Source of the DNA: an uncultured archaeon
Lineage (GTDB): Archaea > Hadarchaeota > Hadarchaeia > Hadarchaeales > WYZ-LMO6
DNA length: 64,000 nucleotides
Assembly (NCBI GenBank): GCA_938074535.1
Contig: CALJER010000008.1
Location: 32,001 to 96,000 of the forward strand
Reading direction: 5' to 3'
Both the position numbers and the translations under genes were made by a program. Below the pieces are notes generated by a model, which did not search any database, was not told where the DNA came from, and saw only the letters and a program-made list of their open reading frames with translations. Shown one piece after another: positions 8,658-17,570 of the stretch (position 1 is the stretch's first letter; the number at the start of each line of letters is the position of its first letter).

Positions 8658-9426
8658 CCGCCCTCTCCCGCGCGAGCAGGCAGGCCCCGTAGGCCCCCGC
8701 CAGGATGGGGTCCAGCGGGAGCCTCCTCACCTTCCTCCCCAGTTGCTCCTCCAGGGCCCTCACGAAGCTCTCCAGCCTGCTCACCCCTCCGGCCACCACC
8801 ACCTCCCCCCTCATCCCCACCTTCCTCACGATGGAGGAGACCCTCCCCGCGATGGCCCTGGTGACGGCGGCCACGACGTCCTGCACCTCCTCCCCCTCGT
8901 TCAGGAGGGCCACCACCTCGCTCTCGGCGAAAACCGTGCACTGGGAGGTGATGGAGAGTTTCTTGGTGGAGCGAGACACCGCCTCGTCCCACTCCTCCAG
9001 CCCTATGCCCAGGGCTTCCCCCAGAAGCTCCAGGAACCTCCCCGCCCCGGCCGCGCACCTGTCGTTCGTCCCGTAGTCCACCACCCTTCCCCCCTCCATC
9101 ACCGCCACCCTGGTGGTGTTGGCCCCCACCTCCACCACCGTTCCGGCCTCGGGAACCAGGGAGCTGCACGCCCTGGAAAGGCAGAGAAGGACGGGTCTCT
9201 CCTCCCTGACGAAGTCCAGACCCCTCACCCTCTCCCCCGTCCCCACGCAGTAGGCCACCTCCTCCCACCTCCTCCCGGCACCCTCCAGCGCGAGGGCGAA
9301 GGCACGCTCCGCCGTCTCCCTGGCCCTCGGCCCGGTCTCCAGGACGGCGTGGCCCAGAAGGGAACCATCTTCCATGAGGAGGGCCTTCACCCTCCCGCTC
9401 CCCACGTCCAGTCCTCCCACCAGCAT
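8641..9426 (-). CDS. CoA-substrate enzyme activase, degenerate subunit (BcrD/BzdP/HgdC family)
   Basis: GLDVGS, NDRCAAGAGRFLE and CTVFAESE present; TGYGR and DIGGQD motifs degenerate. Confidence 0.82.
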   Translation of the reverse strand: MLVGGLDVGSGRVKALLMEDGSLLGHAVLETGPRARETAERAFALALEGAGRRWEEVAYCVGTGERVRGLDFVREERPVLLCLSRACSSLVPEAGTVVEVGANTTRVAVMEGGRVVDYGTNDRCAAGAGRFLELLGEALGIGLEEWDEAVSRSTKKLSITSQCTVFAESEVVALLNEGEEVQDVVAAVTRAIAGRVSSIVRKVGMRGEVVVAGGVSRLESFVRALEEQLGRKVRRLPLDPILAGAYGACLLARERADEALR

Positions 9427-10058
9427 CAGCTTCCCCCCACCTTCTGCCTGGCGAAGAGGGCCGCCCCGAGGGCCCCCACCAGCTGCGGGTCGAAGTCCAG
9501 CCTGAGGAGGGGGACCCCCAGCATCTCCTCCAGGTACCTCACCACCCCCACGTTCTTCGCCACCCCTCCGGAGAGGACCACCTCCCTCTCCACCCCCATC
9601 CTCGAGGCCAGCGCCTTCACCCTCGCCGCCATGGCCTGATTCACACCCGCCGCCACATCCTCGGCGCTGGCACCCTCAGCCAGCTGGGAGAGGACCTCCG
9701 ACTGGGCGTAGACCGCACACACGTTGGTGATGGGTATGGGCCTCCTGGAGGAAAGGGAGAGCCTTCCCAGCTCCTCCACTCCCACTCCCAGCGTCTTGGC
9801 CATCAGCTCCAGGAACCTCCCCGTTCCCGCCGCGCACTTGTCGTTCATGACGAAGTTCAGCAGCCTTCCCTCCCCGTCCACCCTTATCACCTTGCAGTCC
9901 TGCCCCCCTATGTCTATCACCGTCCTCACGGAGGGAAGGAGCCAGTGGGCACCCTTTCCGTGGCAGGAGATCTCCGACACGTTCTCCCCCGCGAAAGGAA
10001 TCCTCACCCTGCCGTAGCCCGTCCCCACGCAGTAGGCCACCTCCTCCCACCTCCTCCC
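9236..10058. repeat. 41-bp exact direct repeat shared by the two activase genes (9236-9276 and 10018-10058)
   Basis: cccgtccccacgcagtaggccacctcctcccacctcctccc occurs twice and encodes GRRWEEVAYCVGTG. Confidence 0.9.
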
Positions 10059-10208
10059 CGCCTTCCTCAGCGCCTCCTCCATCACCTCCCTGGCCGAGAG
10101 CTCCGGTCTGGGTTTGACCCTCCTCACCTCGTGGGAGAGGATGCGCCCGTCCTCCAGCAGGACGGCCTTGGCGGTGAGGGAGCCCACGTCGCAGCCTGCC
10201 ACCAGCAT
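9426..10208 (-). CDS. CoA-substrate enzyme activase (BcrA/BzdQ/HgdC family)
   Basis: GCDVGS, TGYGR, EISCHGKGA, DIGGQDCK, MNDKCAAGTGRFLE, CAVYAQSE, GGVAKN. Confidence 0.92.
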   Translation of the reverse strand: MLVAGCDVGSLTAKAVLLEDGRILSHEVRRVKPRPELSAREVMEEALRKAGRRWEEVAYCVGTGYGRVRIPFAGENVSEISCHGKGAHWLLPSVRTVIDIGGQDCKVIRVDGEGRLLNFVMNDKCAAGTGRFLELMAKTLGVGVEELGRLSLSSRRPIPITNVCAVYAQSEVLSQLAEGASAEDVAAGVNQAMAARVKALASRMGVEREVVLSGGVAKNVGVVRYLEEMLGVPLLRLDFDPQLVGALGAALFARQKVGGS

Positions 10209-10209
10209 G

Positions 10210-11577
10210 CTAGCCCAGTCCCATCGTTTCGTTGAACTCCAAAATCCTGCGCTTGATCTCCGAAACGGGGCTGACCCTGAAGTCCCAGGAGTCAGCCTCC
10301 AGCCTGAGGCAGGGCAGGCCCGTCTCCCTCTGGAGCGCCCTTATGAAGGCCTGGAAGCCCCCCCAAGTGTTCTTGCAGGCAGGATGGCCGGCGAACACGA
10401 AGCAGTCCCCTCCCCACTGCTCCACGCACCACACGTAGTCCTCCAGCCACTGGTCGGGCAGATCCACAGGCCCCCTCTGCTGCCTGGTCATGGGGTAGCT
10501 CCAGCACCTCTGCGCCAGCCCCTCCAGCATGGTGTCCAGGGAGGAGGTGTCGATGGGTTTCTCCGCGTGGAAGAGGGTGAGGACGTCCACCACGTAGCTC
10601 ATCCCGTTCTCCTCCAGCCAGAACCAGAGGTCCATGCTGGGGGGGTAGAAGCCCGTGTACACCCAGATCTGCCTGATGCGCTCCTCCGGCTTCGCTCCTT
10701 CCCCCTTCCTGAGCCTGTCCTTGGAGGCCTCCAGCACGGCCTCGAAGACCCTGGTCCCCTGCGGGGTCCCCACCGAGCTGAACTTCACGCCCTGGAGGAA
10801 GATGTTGAAGGAGGAGTGGACGGGGTTGGGGCGGGCCCTCTTCAGGTCATTTATCTCCAGGTAATACTTCCTGCACTTCTCGCTCTCCTCCACCACCTCC
10901 CTCAGCCTCTCCTCCTCCAGTTTCTTCCCGGCGAACTCCTCCAGCCTCCTCACCTGGTGCCTGTACTCCTTCGTGTAGTAGTCGAAGGCCCTCTCCCCGT
11001 GGTAGGTGGGACAGTCTATCCCCAAATAGGGAACACCCAGGCGGACCGCCATGTACTCGTAGAGCTTGGAGTTGGCGTCGCAGCTTCCTGGGGCGGCGGT
11101 AACCACCAGATCCGGGCGCAGGCCCAAGCCCTTCAGGATGGCCCCGCAGGCTGCCCTCTGGGAGGTGCACATGGTCTCGAGCAGTCCCTCCTCCACGCTC
11201 CAGTCGAAGTAGACGTGGGGATCCTCGAGGAAAATGGTGGCGAAGGAGGTGAGGACCTCCGGCACCAGCGGGACGAGGTCCAAAGCGTAAAAGACCTCCG
11301 GGGCGGTGTTGAAGCTGGAGAGCACCACCTTCTTTCCCTCCTCCCTCGCCCCCCTCAGCATCCCGAGATACCAGGCCGCCCACCTAGAGACCTCCAGGGC
11401 CACCCTCCGGATGGCGGGGTCGGAGAGGAAGAGATGCCTCAGGACCTCGGCCTGGGAGGGAACGGCCGCCACCAGGTCCTCCATTTCCCTCTCCGTAACG
11501 TCCTCGGGGATGGAGGAAGCCGTGGAAAGAAGGATGAAGAGCCTCTCCTCGAGCGGCAGCTGCCTAGCCTCTTCCAC
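10210..11577 (-). CDS. 2-hydroxyacyl-CoA dehydratase / benzoyl-CoA reductase subunit (HgdA/BcrB-like)
   Basis: APEVFYALDL..PE, MCTSQR, SCD..SK, HPACK, LRLEADSWD..R. Confidence 0.85.
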   Translation of the reverse strand: MEEARQLPLEERLFILLSTASSIPEDVTEREMEDLVAAVPSQAEVLRHLFLSDPAIRRVALEVSRWAAWYLGMLRGAREEGKKVVLSSFNTAPEVFYALDLVPLVPEVLTSFATIFLEDPHVYFDWSVEEGLLETMCTSQRAACGAILKGLGLRPDLVVTAAPGSCDANSKLYEYMAVRLGVPYLGIDCPTYHGERAFDYYTKEYRHQVRRLEEFAGKKLEEERLREVVEESEKCRKYYLEINDLKRARPNPVHSSFNIFLQGVKFSSVGTPQGTRVFEAVLEASKDRLRKGEGAKPEERIRQIWVYTGFYPPSMDLWFWLEENGMSYVVDVLTLFHAEKPIDTSSLDTMLEGLAQRCWSYPMTRQQRGPVDLPDQWLEDYVWCVEQWGGDCFVFAGHPACKNTWGGFQAFIRALQRETGLPCLRLEADSWDFRVSPVSEIKRRILEFNETMGLG

Positions 11578-11899
11578 CAGCCTCCCTCCTCTCGGCCAGC
11601 CTCCTCAGCTCCCTCTCCTCCAGCCTCGGGCGGAGGTAAATCGCGTACCCACCCTGGGTCTTCTCCACCATGAGCTTCCATCCGCCCTTCTCCCCCTCCT
11701 CCCTCTCCGACTGTCCTCTCACCACCCTGTCCAGCATCTCCTCCATCCCCTCCAACAGCTCCCTGGGAAGTCTGGACCTGAAGTCGGGGCAGATCCTGGT
11801 GCTGGCGGGGTTCTCCTCGCTCCCCTTCAGCTGACACCTTATCCTCTCCCACTCCATCCACGCGGCCCAGAAGCAGTCACCGCACCTAACGGGGCTCAT
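11564..11899 (-). CDS. Small hypothetical protein with CxxC-x12-C-x14-C motif
   Basis: ATG at 11899 overlaps the upstream stop (ATGA); 111 aa; overlaps the downstream start. Confidence 0.65.
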   Translation of the reverse strand: MSPVRCGDCFWAAWMEWERIRCQLKGSEENPASTRICPDFRSRLPRELLEGMEEMLDRVVRGQSEREEGEKGGWKLMVEKTQGGYAIYLRPRLEERELRRLAERREAGGRG

Positions 11900-13029
11900 C
11901 TCCCCAGCCTCTCCAGGAAGGCCTGGATTCTGGTCCTGATCCTCCCCACCTCCGCCAGCGGGCCGTACTGCCTCTCCAGGAGCAGAGTGGGCACCCCCTC
12001 CTCCTCCAGCCTCCTGGCGAAGAGGGTGTTGTCTCCTCCATGCGTGTCGCAGAACTTCATGTGCTCCAGGACCACTCCTTCCACCCTCCATTCTTTGATG
12101 AGCCTCCTCAAAAAGTTGAGCTTCCTCTCGAACTCCCCATAGGTCCTGGCGCAGGGTACGTGGTAGTAGTACCTCCTCACCAGGGCCTCAAAGGGGTCCC
12201 CCCCCTCTTCCACCATGTCCACGATGGACCTCATGCCGAAGCAGAGGGAGTCCGTGACCACCAGGCCCCCCTGCCCCTCTATCACCCTCACCAGCTCCGG
12301 ATCGTCGTTCACGCTCCCCACGAGCATCAGCCTGGTTCCGGAGTACTCCTTTCCCCTCTCCTCCACTTCCTCCAGCGCTTCCTCCAGCAGGCGGTTGTAG
12401 ACCTCCCTTCTCACAGCCGTGCTCGCCACGTGGAGGGCCAGGGCCTCCTGCCCGGAAACAGGGGGTCTCTCCCTCTTTCTCCTTTCGTTGAGCTCCAGGA
12501 GGAGCCTCCTCCCCCTGTTGTACTCCCTGATGGCCTCCTCCAGCTTTTCGGGAGAGAGCTCCGTCCCGAAGTGCCCCTCCATGGCCTTCAAAAGGGAGAA
12601 GATCTCGCCCCGGTAGAACTCCAGCCCGTGCTCCGTGAGGGTGTGGGGGATCCCAAAGTAGTAGAAGAAGGGGGGGAGGTTCCCCGCCGCCTTCCAGCAG
12701 TCGTACATCCTCCTCACATGATCGCAGGTGCGGGAGATCACGGCCCCATCCAGGAAGTCGTACCTTCCCTCCAGCACCAGCTGCAGGCAGCAGCGCGTGT
12801 AGCTGCAGTTGACGGGACCGTACCAGGCGTCCGCCAGGGAGGTTCCTGAGCAACCCGTCCCCCTGATCCTGAAGGGAAGCATGCCCAGGGCGTGGACGAG
12901 CTCTTCCGGGAAGTAGCTGCAGGTGTAGCCCACGACCCTCCCTCCTCCCCTCTTCCACTCTTCCAGCAGGGGATTGGAGATCCCCGAGGAGACCCGCTCC
13001 AGGGCTTCTAGACTTCCCACTTCAAACAT
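11896..13029 (-). CDS. 2-hydroxyacyl-CoA dehydratase / benzoyl-CoA reductase subunit (HgdB/BcrC-like)
   Basis: GYTCSYFPEELVHALG, NCSYTR, TCDHVRR, KFCDTHG, RTRIQAFLE. Confidence 0.88.
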   Translation of the reverse strand: MFEVGSLEALERVSSGISNPLLEEWKRGGGRVVGYTCSYFPEELVHALGMLPFRIRGTGCSGTSLADAWYGPVNCSYTRCCLQLVLEGRYDFLDGAVISRTCDHVRRMYDCWKAAGNLPPFFYYFGIPHTLTEHGLEFYRGEIFSLLKAMEGHFGTELSPEKLEEAIREYNRGRRLLLELNERRKRERPPVSGQEALALHVASTAVRREVYNRLLEEALEEVEERGKEYSGTRLMLVGSVNDDPELVRVIEGQGGLVVTDSLCFGMRSIVDMVEEGGDPFEALVRRYYYHVPCARTYGEFERKLNFLRRLIKEWRVEGVVLEHMKFCDTHGGDNTLFARRLEEEGVPTLLLERQYGPLAEVGRIRTRIQAFLERLGR

Positions 13030-13078
13030 GGTTCTTGCGGGCATAAATCTTTTTTTTTGAAGGGGCCAAGAAAAACCG

Positions 13079-14275
13079 ATGGGAGATAAGAAGGTGGTGG
13101 TCCTGGGAGGGGGCGGGGTGGTGGGAAGAACCGCCGTGAAGGACCTGGCCAAGAGCGGGGTCTTCTCGGAGGTGGTGGTGGCCGACAAGGAGGTGGAGAA
13201 GGCGAGGGAGCACCTGGAGGGAGTTCCCCGCCTCTCCTTCGTGAAGGCAGACCTCACGGAGTTGTCCATCCTCAGGGAGGTGATAAAGGGGGCGGACGTG
13301 GTTCTGAACACCGTAGGACCCTTTTACAAGTTCGGCCCCTTGCTCACGAGGGAGGCCATACGGACCGGGGTGAACTACGTGGACATCTGCGACGACTACG
13401 AGGCCACGCTGGAGCAGCTGAAGATGGACGAGGAGGCGAGGAAGAGGGGTGTGACCGTCCTCACGGGCATGGGCTCTTCACCCGGCGTGGCCAACGTGGT
13501 GGCCAAGTTCTGCTCCCAGTTGCTGGACCAGCCGGAGGAGATCCACATCTACCACATCCACGGGGGGGAGCCGGAAGAGGGGCCCGGGGTGATCTACCAC
13601 CGCATCCACTACATGACGGGAAAAATCCCCATGCTGAAGGATGGGAAGATGGTGTACTTCGGGTTCTTCAGTGAGGAAGGGAGAAGGGAAATAGAGGAAG
13701 TGGACTTCTACGAGCCCATAGGGGTGGCGAAGGTTTACCCCTACCCGCACCCGGAGACCATCACCCTCCCCAGGTACATCCCGGGCCTCAGGAAGGTCAC
13801 CAACAAAGGGTCCGTCCTACCCCTGGAATACTACGAACTGCTGCGGGAGGCCGTGAAGATGGGTTTAGCCGATGAGAAGCCCCTGAAGGTGGGAGGGGCC
13901 TCCGTGGCCCCCATCGACTTCCTGGTCTCCTTCGTCCTCTCCAAGAGGAAGGAATATGCGAGCAGGCTGCCTGAACCCGTGGGTTGCCTGAAGATCGTGG
14001 TGAGGGGGAGAAAGGGGGGAAAGAGGATGGAGTACAGGTTCGCCATCCCCTCCAGGGGTGCGGGTATGGGGGAGGGAACGGCCATTCCCGCCTCGGTGGG
14101 CACGCAGATGGTGGCCAGAGGGGAGATCGAGGAGAAAGGGGTCCTCCCCCCGGAGGCCTGCGTGGATCCCATGAAATTCTTCGAGGAGGCGAGGAGCAGG
14201 GAGGGGATGGGCGGCGTCAGGATCATCTTCGAGAGCGTGGACGAGGAGGGGAGGGTGACCAGCATACCCCTTTGA
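13079..14275 (+). CDS. Saccharopine dehydrogenase family oxidoreductase
   Basis: VLGGGGVVG Rossmann motif, NTVGPFY, YVDICDD, GMGSSPG..N, HPETITLP, GVLPPE. Confidence 0.85.
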   Translation: MGDKKVVVLGGGGVVGRTAVKDLAKSGVFSEVVVADKEVEKAREHLEGVPRLSFVKADLTELSILREVIKGADVVLNTVGPFYKFGPLLTREAIRTGVNYVDICDDYEATLEQLKMDEEARKRGVTVLTGMGSSPGVANVVAKFCSQLLDQPEEIHIYHIHGGEPEEGPGVIYHRIHYMTGKIPMLKDGKMVYFGFFSEEGRREIEEVDFYEPIGVAKVYPYPHPETITLPRYIPGLRKVTNKGSVLPLEYYELLREAVKMGLADEKPLKVGGASVAPIDFLVSFVLSKRKEYASRLPEPVGCLKIVVRGRKGGKRMEYRFAIPSRGAGMGEGTAIPASVGTQMVARGEIEEKGVLPPEACVDPMKFFEEARSREGMGGVRIIFESVDEEGRVTSIPL

Positions 14276-14312
14276 CCCAAGCCTTTTTTTCCTCCAGAAA
14301 ACCACTCTTTTG

Positions 14313-15611
14313 ATGTTCAAGTGGAGGGAAAAGGAGTACGAGGAGCTTGAGGCTCAGCCCGAGGCCCTCCCCGAGGGGGTGGATCCCGAGGAATACGTCA
14401 TCGCCACCTACTTCCTCTCCCTCCCCTCCGCCCTGGATCCCTGGGAGGTGGCTAGGGCCCTGGCCATAGAGCAGAGCACGGGAACCTGGGTGCCCGTTCC
14501 CGGGGAGACCCCCGAGGTGAGGAAGAAGCACGTGGCCAAAGTGGTGGGACTGTACGAGGCCCCCTATCCGGAAGTCCTCTCCCCCACGGAGGCCAGGGAG
14601 AGGAACTATGTGGTGCAAATCGCCTTCCCGCAGGTGAATTTCGGGAAACAGATCCCCATGCTCCTCTCCACGGTGGCGGGGAACCTGATGTGCTGGGAGA
14701 AGATCAAGCTCCTGGACCTCCGCTTCCCCAAGAGCTTCGTGGAGGGCTTCGGGGGCCCCAAGTTCGGGATAGAGGGGATAAGGAAGCTGCTGGGAGTGGA
14801 GGAGAGGCCCCTGATCAACAACATGATCAAGCCCTGCACCGGCTTTACACCCGACGTGGGTGCGAGGCTGGCCTACGAAGCGGCGGTAGGGGGAGTGGAC
14901 ATGATCAAGGACGACGAGCTACTGGGCAACCCCTCCTTTAACCCCATAGAGGAGAGGGTGCCGAAGTACATGGAGGCTCTGGACAGGGCGAACAGGGAAA
15001 AGGGGGAAAAGACCCTCTACACGGTCAACATCACGGACGAGGCCTCCAGGGTGATGGAGAACGCGGACAGGGCCATAGAGCTTGGGGCGAACGCCCTCAT
15101 GATCAACTATCTCACCGCCGGAATCTCCCTGCTCAGGGAGCTGGCGGAGGATCCAAGCATCAACGTCCCCATCCTGGCCCACATGGACTTCTCCGGCACC
15201 ATGTACGTCTCCCCCTACTCAGGCCTCTCCTCCTCGCTCCTGCTGGGGAAGCTGCCCAGGCTGGCGGGTGCCGACATCTTGGTCTACCCAGCACCCTACG
15301 GGAAGGCCCCCTTCATGAAGGAGAGATACGTGAGGATAGCCCACCACCTGACCTTTCCCCTCTACCACCTCCGCCCCACCTTCCCCATGCCCAGCGGGGG
15401 GATCACGCCCTCCATGGTGCCCGAGGTGGTGGGGGATCTGGGGAAGGACATCGTGATAGGGACGGGGGGAGGGATCCACGCCCACCCCATGGGTCCCAGG
15501 GCCGGAGCCAGGGCCTTCAGGCTGGCGGTGGAGGCGGTGATGAGGGGGATGAGCCTGCAGGAGATGGCCAAGGAGCACGAGGAGCTGAGGGTGGCCCTGC
15601 AGATGGGCTGA
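14313..15611 (+). CDS. RuBisCO-like protein (form IV)
   Basis: AIEQSTGTW, GPKFG, IKDDE, SGG, GGGIHAHP present; K177-, R295- and H327-equivalent residues replaced (IKPCTG, AHMD, LVYPAPYGK). Confidence 0.9.
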   Translation: MFKWREKEYEELEAQPEALPEGVDPEEYVIATYFLSLPSALDPWEVARALAIEQSTGTWVPVPGETPEVRKKHVAKVVGLYEAPYPEVLSPTEARERNYVVQIAFPQVNFGKQIPMLLSTVAGNLMCWEKIKLLDLRFPKSFVEGFGGPKFGIEGIRKLLGVEERPLINNMIKPCTGFTPDVGARLAYEAAVGGVDMIKDDELLGNPSFNPIEERVPKYMEALDRANREKGEKTLYTVNITDEASRVMENADRAIELGANALMINYLTAGISLLRELAEDPSINVPILAHMDFSGTMYVSPYSGLSSSLLLGKLPRLAGADILVYPAPYGKAPFMKERYVRIAHHLTFPLYHLRPTFPMPSGGITPSMVPEVVGDLGKDIVIGTGGGIHAHPMGPRAGARAFRLAVEAVMRGMSLQEMAKEHEELRVALQMG

Positions 15612-15620
15612 GGGGGTTCC

Positions 15621-17120
15621 TTGGGGTACATCCTGGCCCACGACCTGGGGACGGAGCTCAACAAGGCCGCCCTGGTGGACGAGGAAGGGAGGATAGTCGC
15701 CTACTGTACCCAGGAGTACCCCGTCTCCTATCCCAGGCCGGGGTGGGCGGAGCAGGATCCGGAGCTCTGGTGGGAGGCCGTCAGGGAAACCACGAAAAAG
15801 GTGCTGGAGCTGGCGGGGATCAAACCGGGAGAGGTGGAGGCGCTGGTCTTCGACAGCATGATGTACACGCTGGTGGCGGTGGACCGGGGAGGAAGACCGC
15901 TCAGGCCGGCCATCCTCTGGCTCGACACCAGGGCGAAGGCCCAGGCGGAGGAGCTGATGGGAAGCCTGGACCTGCTGGGGATGCTGGAGAGGGGGGTGAT
16001 CCCGCCCACCTCGGCCAAGGACATCACCCCGAAGATCCTGTGGGTGAAGCAGGAGGAGCCGCACGTTTTCGAGAAGGCCTGCTTCATCGACAGCAAGGAC
16101 TACCTGGTCCACCGGTGCGTGGGGGAGTTCTACACCGACTGGAGCTGCGCCAGCCTCTTCTGCCTCTTCAACTTCAGGGAGAAGAGGTGGGAGGAGGAGC
16201 TGGTGGAGGAAATGGGCCTTTCCCTGGAAAGGCTCTCCAGGCCCGTGAAGAGCACGGAGGTGGTGGGGAACCTCACGGAGGAAGCCTCCAGGGAGCTTGG
16301 ACTGCCCAGGAAGGTGGAGGTGGTGTGCGGGTCCGGGGACGCCACCGCGGTGGCGGTGGGAGCGGGGGGACCCCACCTGTACGTGGGGACCTCGGCCTGG
16401 ATAGGTGCCCACGTGGAGGAGCCCCTCTTCGACCTGACCGGCGTGGGCAGCATCTGCTCCGCCGATCCCTCCAGGTTCTTCCTGATAGGGGAGATGGAGA
16501 ACGCCGGGGCCTGCCTGAAGTGGTTCAGGGAGACCCTGGCCAGGGAGGAGAAGGAAAGGGCGGAGAAGGAGGGAAAAGGCCCCTACCAGCTGCTGGACGA
16601 GCTGGCCTCCGGTGCGGAGGCCGGGTCGGGGAAGCTCCTCTTCCTCCCCTGGATGATGGGGGAGAGGTGCCCCTTCACCCAGTCCACCGCCAGGGGGGCC
16701 TTCCTGAACCTCACCTTCGGGCACACCAAAGGGCACCTGGTGAGGGCGGTGCTGGAAGGGGTGGCCTACCACATGAGGTGGATCCTGGAGGTGGTGGAAG
16801 GGATGGGGCTCTCCCTCCCCTCCATCAGGGCCTGCGGCGGAGGGGCTAAGAGCGGGGTCTGGCTCCAGATCTTCGCCGACGTGATGGGGAGGAAGGTGGA
16901 GAGGGTCTCCTCCCCGCACCACGTGGGCTCGCTGGGAGCCGCCACCCTTGCCAGGGTAGGTCTGGGAAAGACGGACTTTTCCTCGGCGGAGAGGTCCGTG
17001 AAGGTGGAGGGGGAGTTCCTCCCCTCGGAGGAAAACCGGGACATCTACGACAGGATGTACGAGGAGTTCAGGGGGATGCAGGGGAGGCTGTCGGAGGTCT
17101 TCGAGCGCCTCAACACCTAG
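15621..17120 (+). CDS. FGGY-family carbohydrate kinase (xylulokinase-like)
   Basis: AHDLGT, GWAEQDP, ILWLDTRA, FLPWMMGERCP, RAVLEGVA, GGGAKS. Confidence 0.92.
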   Translation: MGYILAHDLGTELNKAALVDEEGRIVAYCTQEYPVSYPRPGWAEQDPELWWEAVRETTKKVLELAGIKPGEVEALVFDSMMYTLVAVDRGGRPLRPAILWLDTRAKAQAEELMGSLDLLGMLERGVIPPTSAKDITPKILWVKQEEPHVFEKACFIDSKDYLVHRCVGEFYTDWSCASLFCLFNFREKRWEEELVEEMGLSLERLSRPVKSTEVVGNLTEEASRELGLPRKVEVVCGSGDATAVAVGAGGPHLYVGTSAWIGAHVEEPLFDLTGVGSICSADPSRFFLIGEMENAGACLKWFRETLAREEKERAEKEGKGPYQLLDELASGAEAGSGKLLFLPWMMGERCPFTQSTARGAFLNLTFGHTKGHLVRAVLEGVAYHMRWILEVVEGMGLSLPSIRACGGGAKSGVWLQIFADVMGRKVERVSSPHHVGSLGAATLARVGLGKTDFSSAERSVKVEGEFLPSEENRDIYDRMYEEFRGMQGRLSEVFERLNT

Positions 17121-17539
17121 ATGTCCACGACCGCCTGGACGACCGTCCTGTCCTTCCCCCTCCTGACCTCCATCAGGTGGTAGGTCACGGCCTTGACCGC
17201 CGTTCTTCCCTCGTGCTTCCTCGGATCGAACCTCTCCCCCCAGGCCCTCCCCCTCAGCTTCCACCTGCCGCCCTCCTCCTCCACCTCCACACGGAAGCGG
17301 GAGAAGAGGAGGCCTTCGGCGTCCCTGAAGTAGAGGAGCCTGTCCAGCCAGTCGTAGAGGAGGGCCTGCTCGTCCTCCGCCTCCAGCTCCACCCCCACCT
17401 CCTCCCGAGCCTCCACCCTGCCCGTGTCCGTCATGACCTCGAAGAGGGCCAGGGCAGCGTTCTCGAAGGCCTCCCCCAGGTCCCTACCGTAGGCCCTGAA
17501 GCCCACGTCCGAGGGATGCTCCACCCACTCGAACTTCAT
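17117..17539 (-). CDS. Archease
   Basis: EHPSDVG..AYG, AFENAALA, VKAVTYH, C-terminal VVDI. Confidence 0.93.
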   Translation of the reverse strand: MKFEWVEHPSDVGFRAYGRDLGEAFENAALALFEVMTDTGRVEAREEVGVELEAEDEQALLYDWLDRLLYFRDAEGLLFSRFRVEVEEEGGRWKLRGRAWGERFDPRKHEGRTAVKAVTYHLMEVRRGKDRTVVQAVVDI

Positions 17540-17570
17540 CTTCCCAGCTTGGAGGATGGGGGGTAAAGGG

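Noticed and set aside
14313-15611. RLP as a CO2-fixing form III RuBisCO
   Set aside because: It lacks the K177, R295 and H327 equivalents
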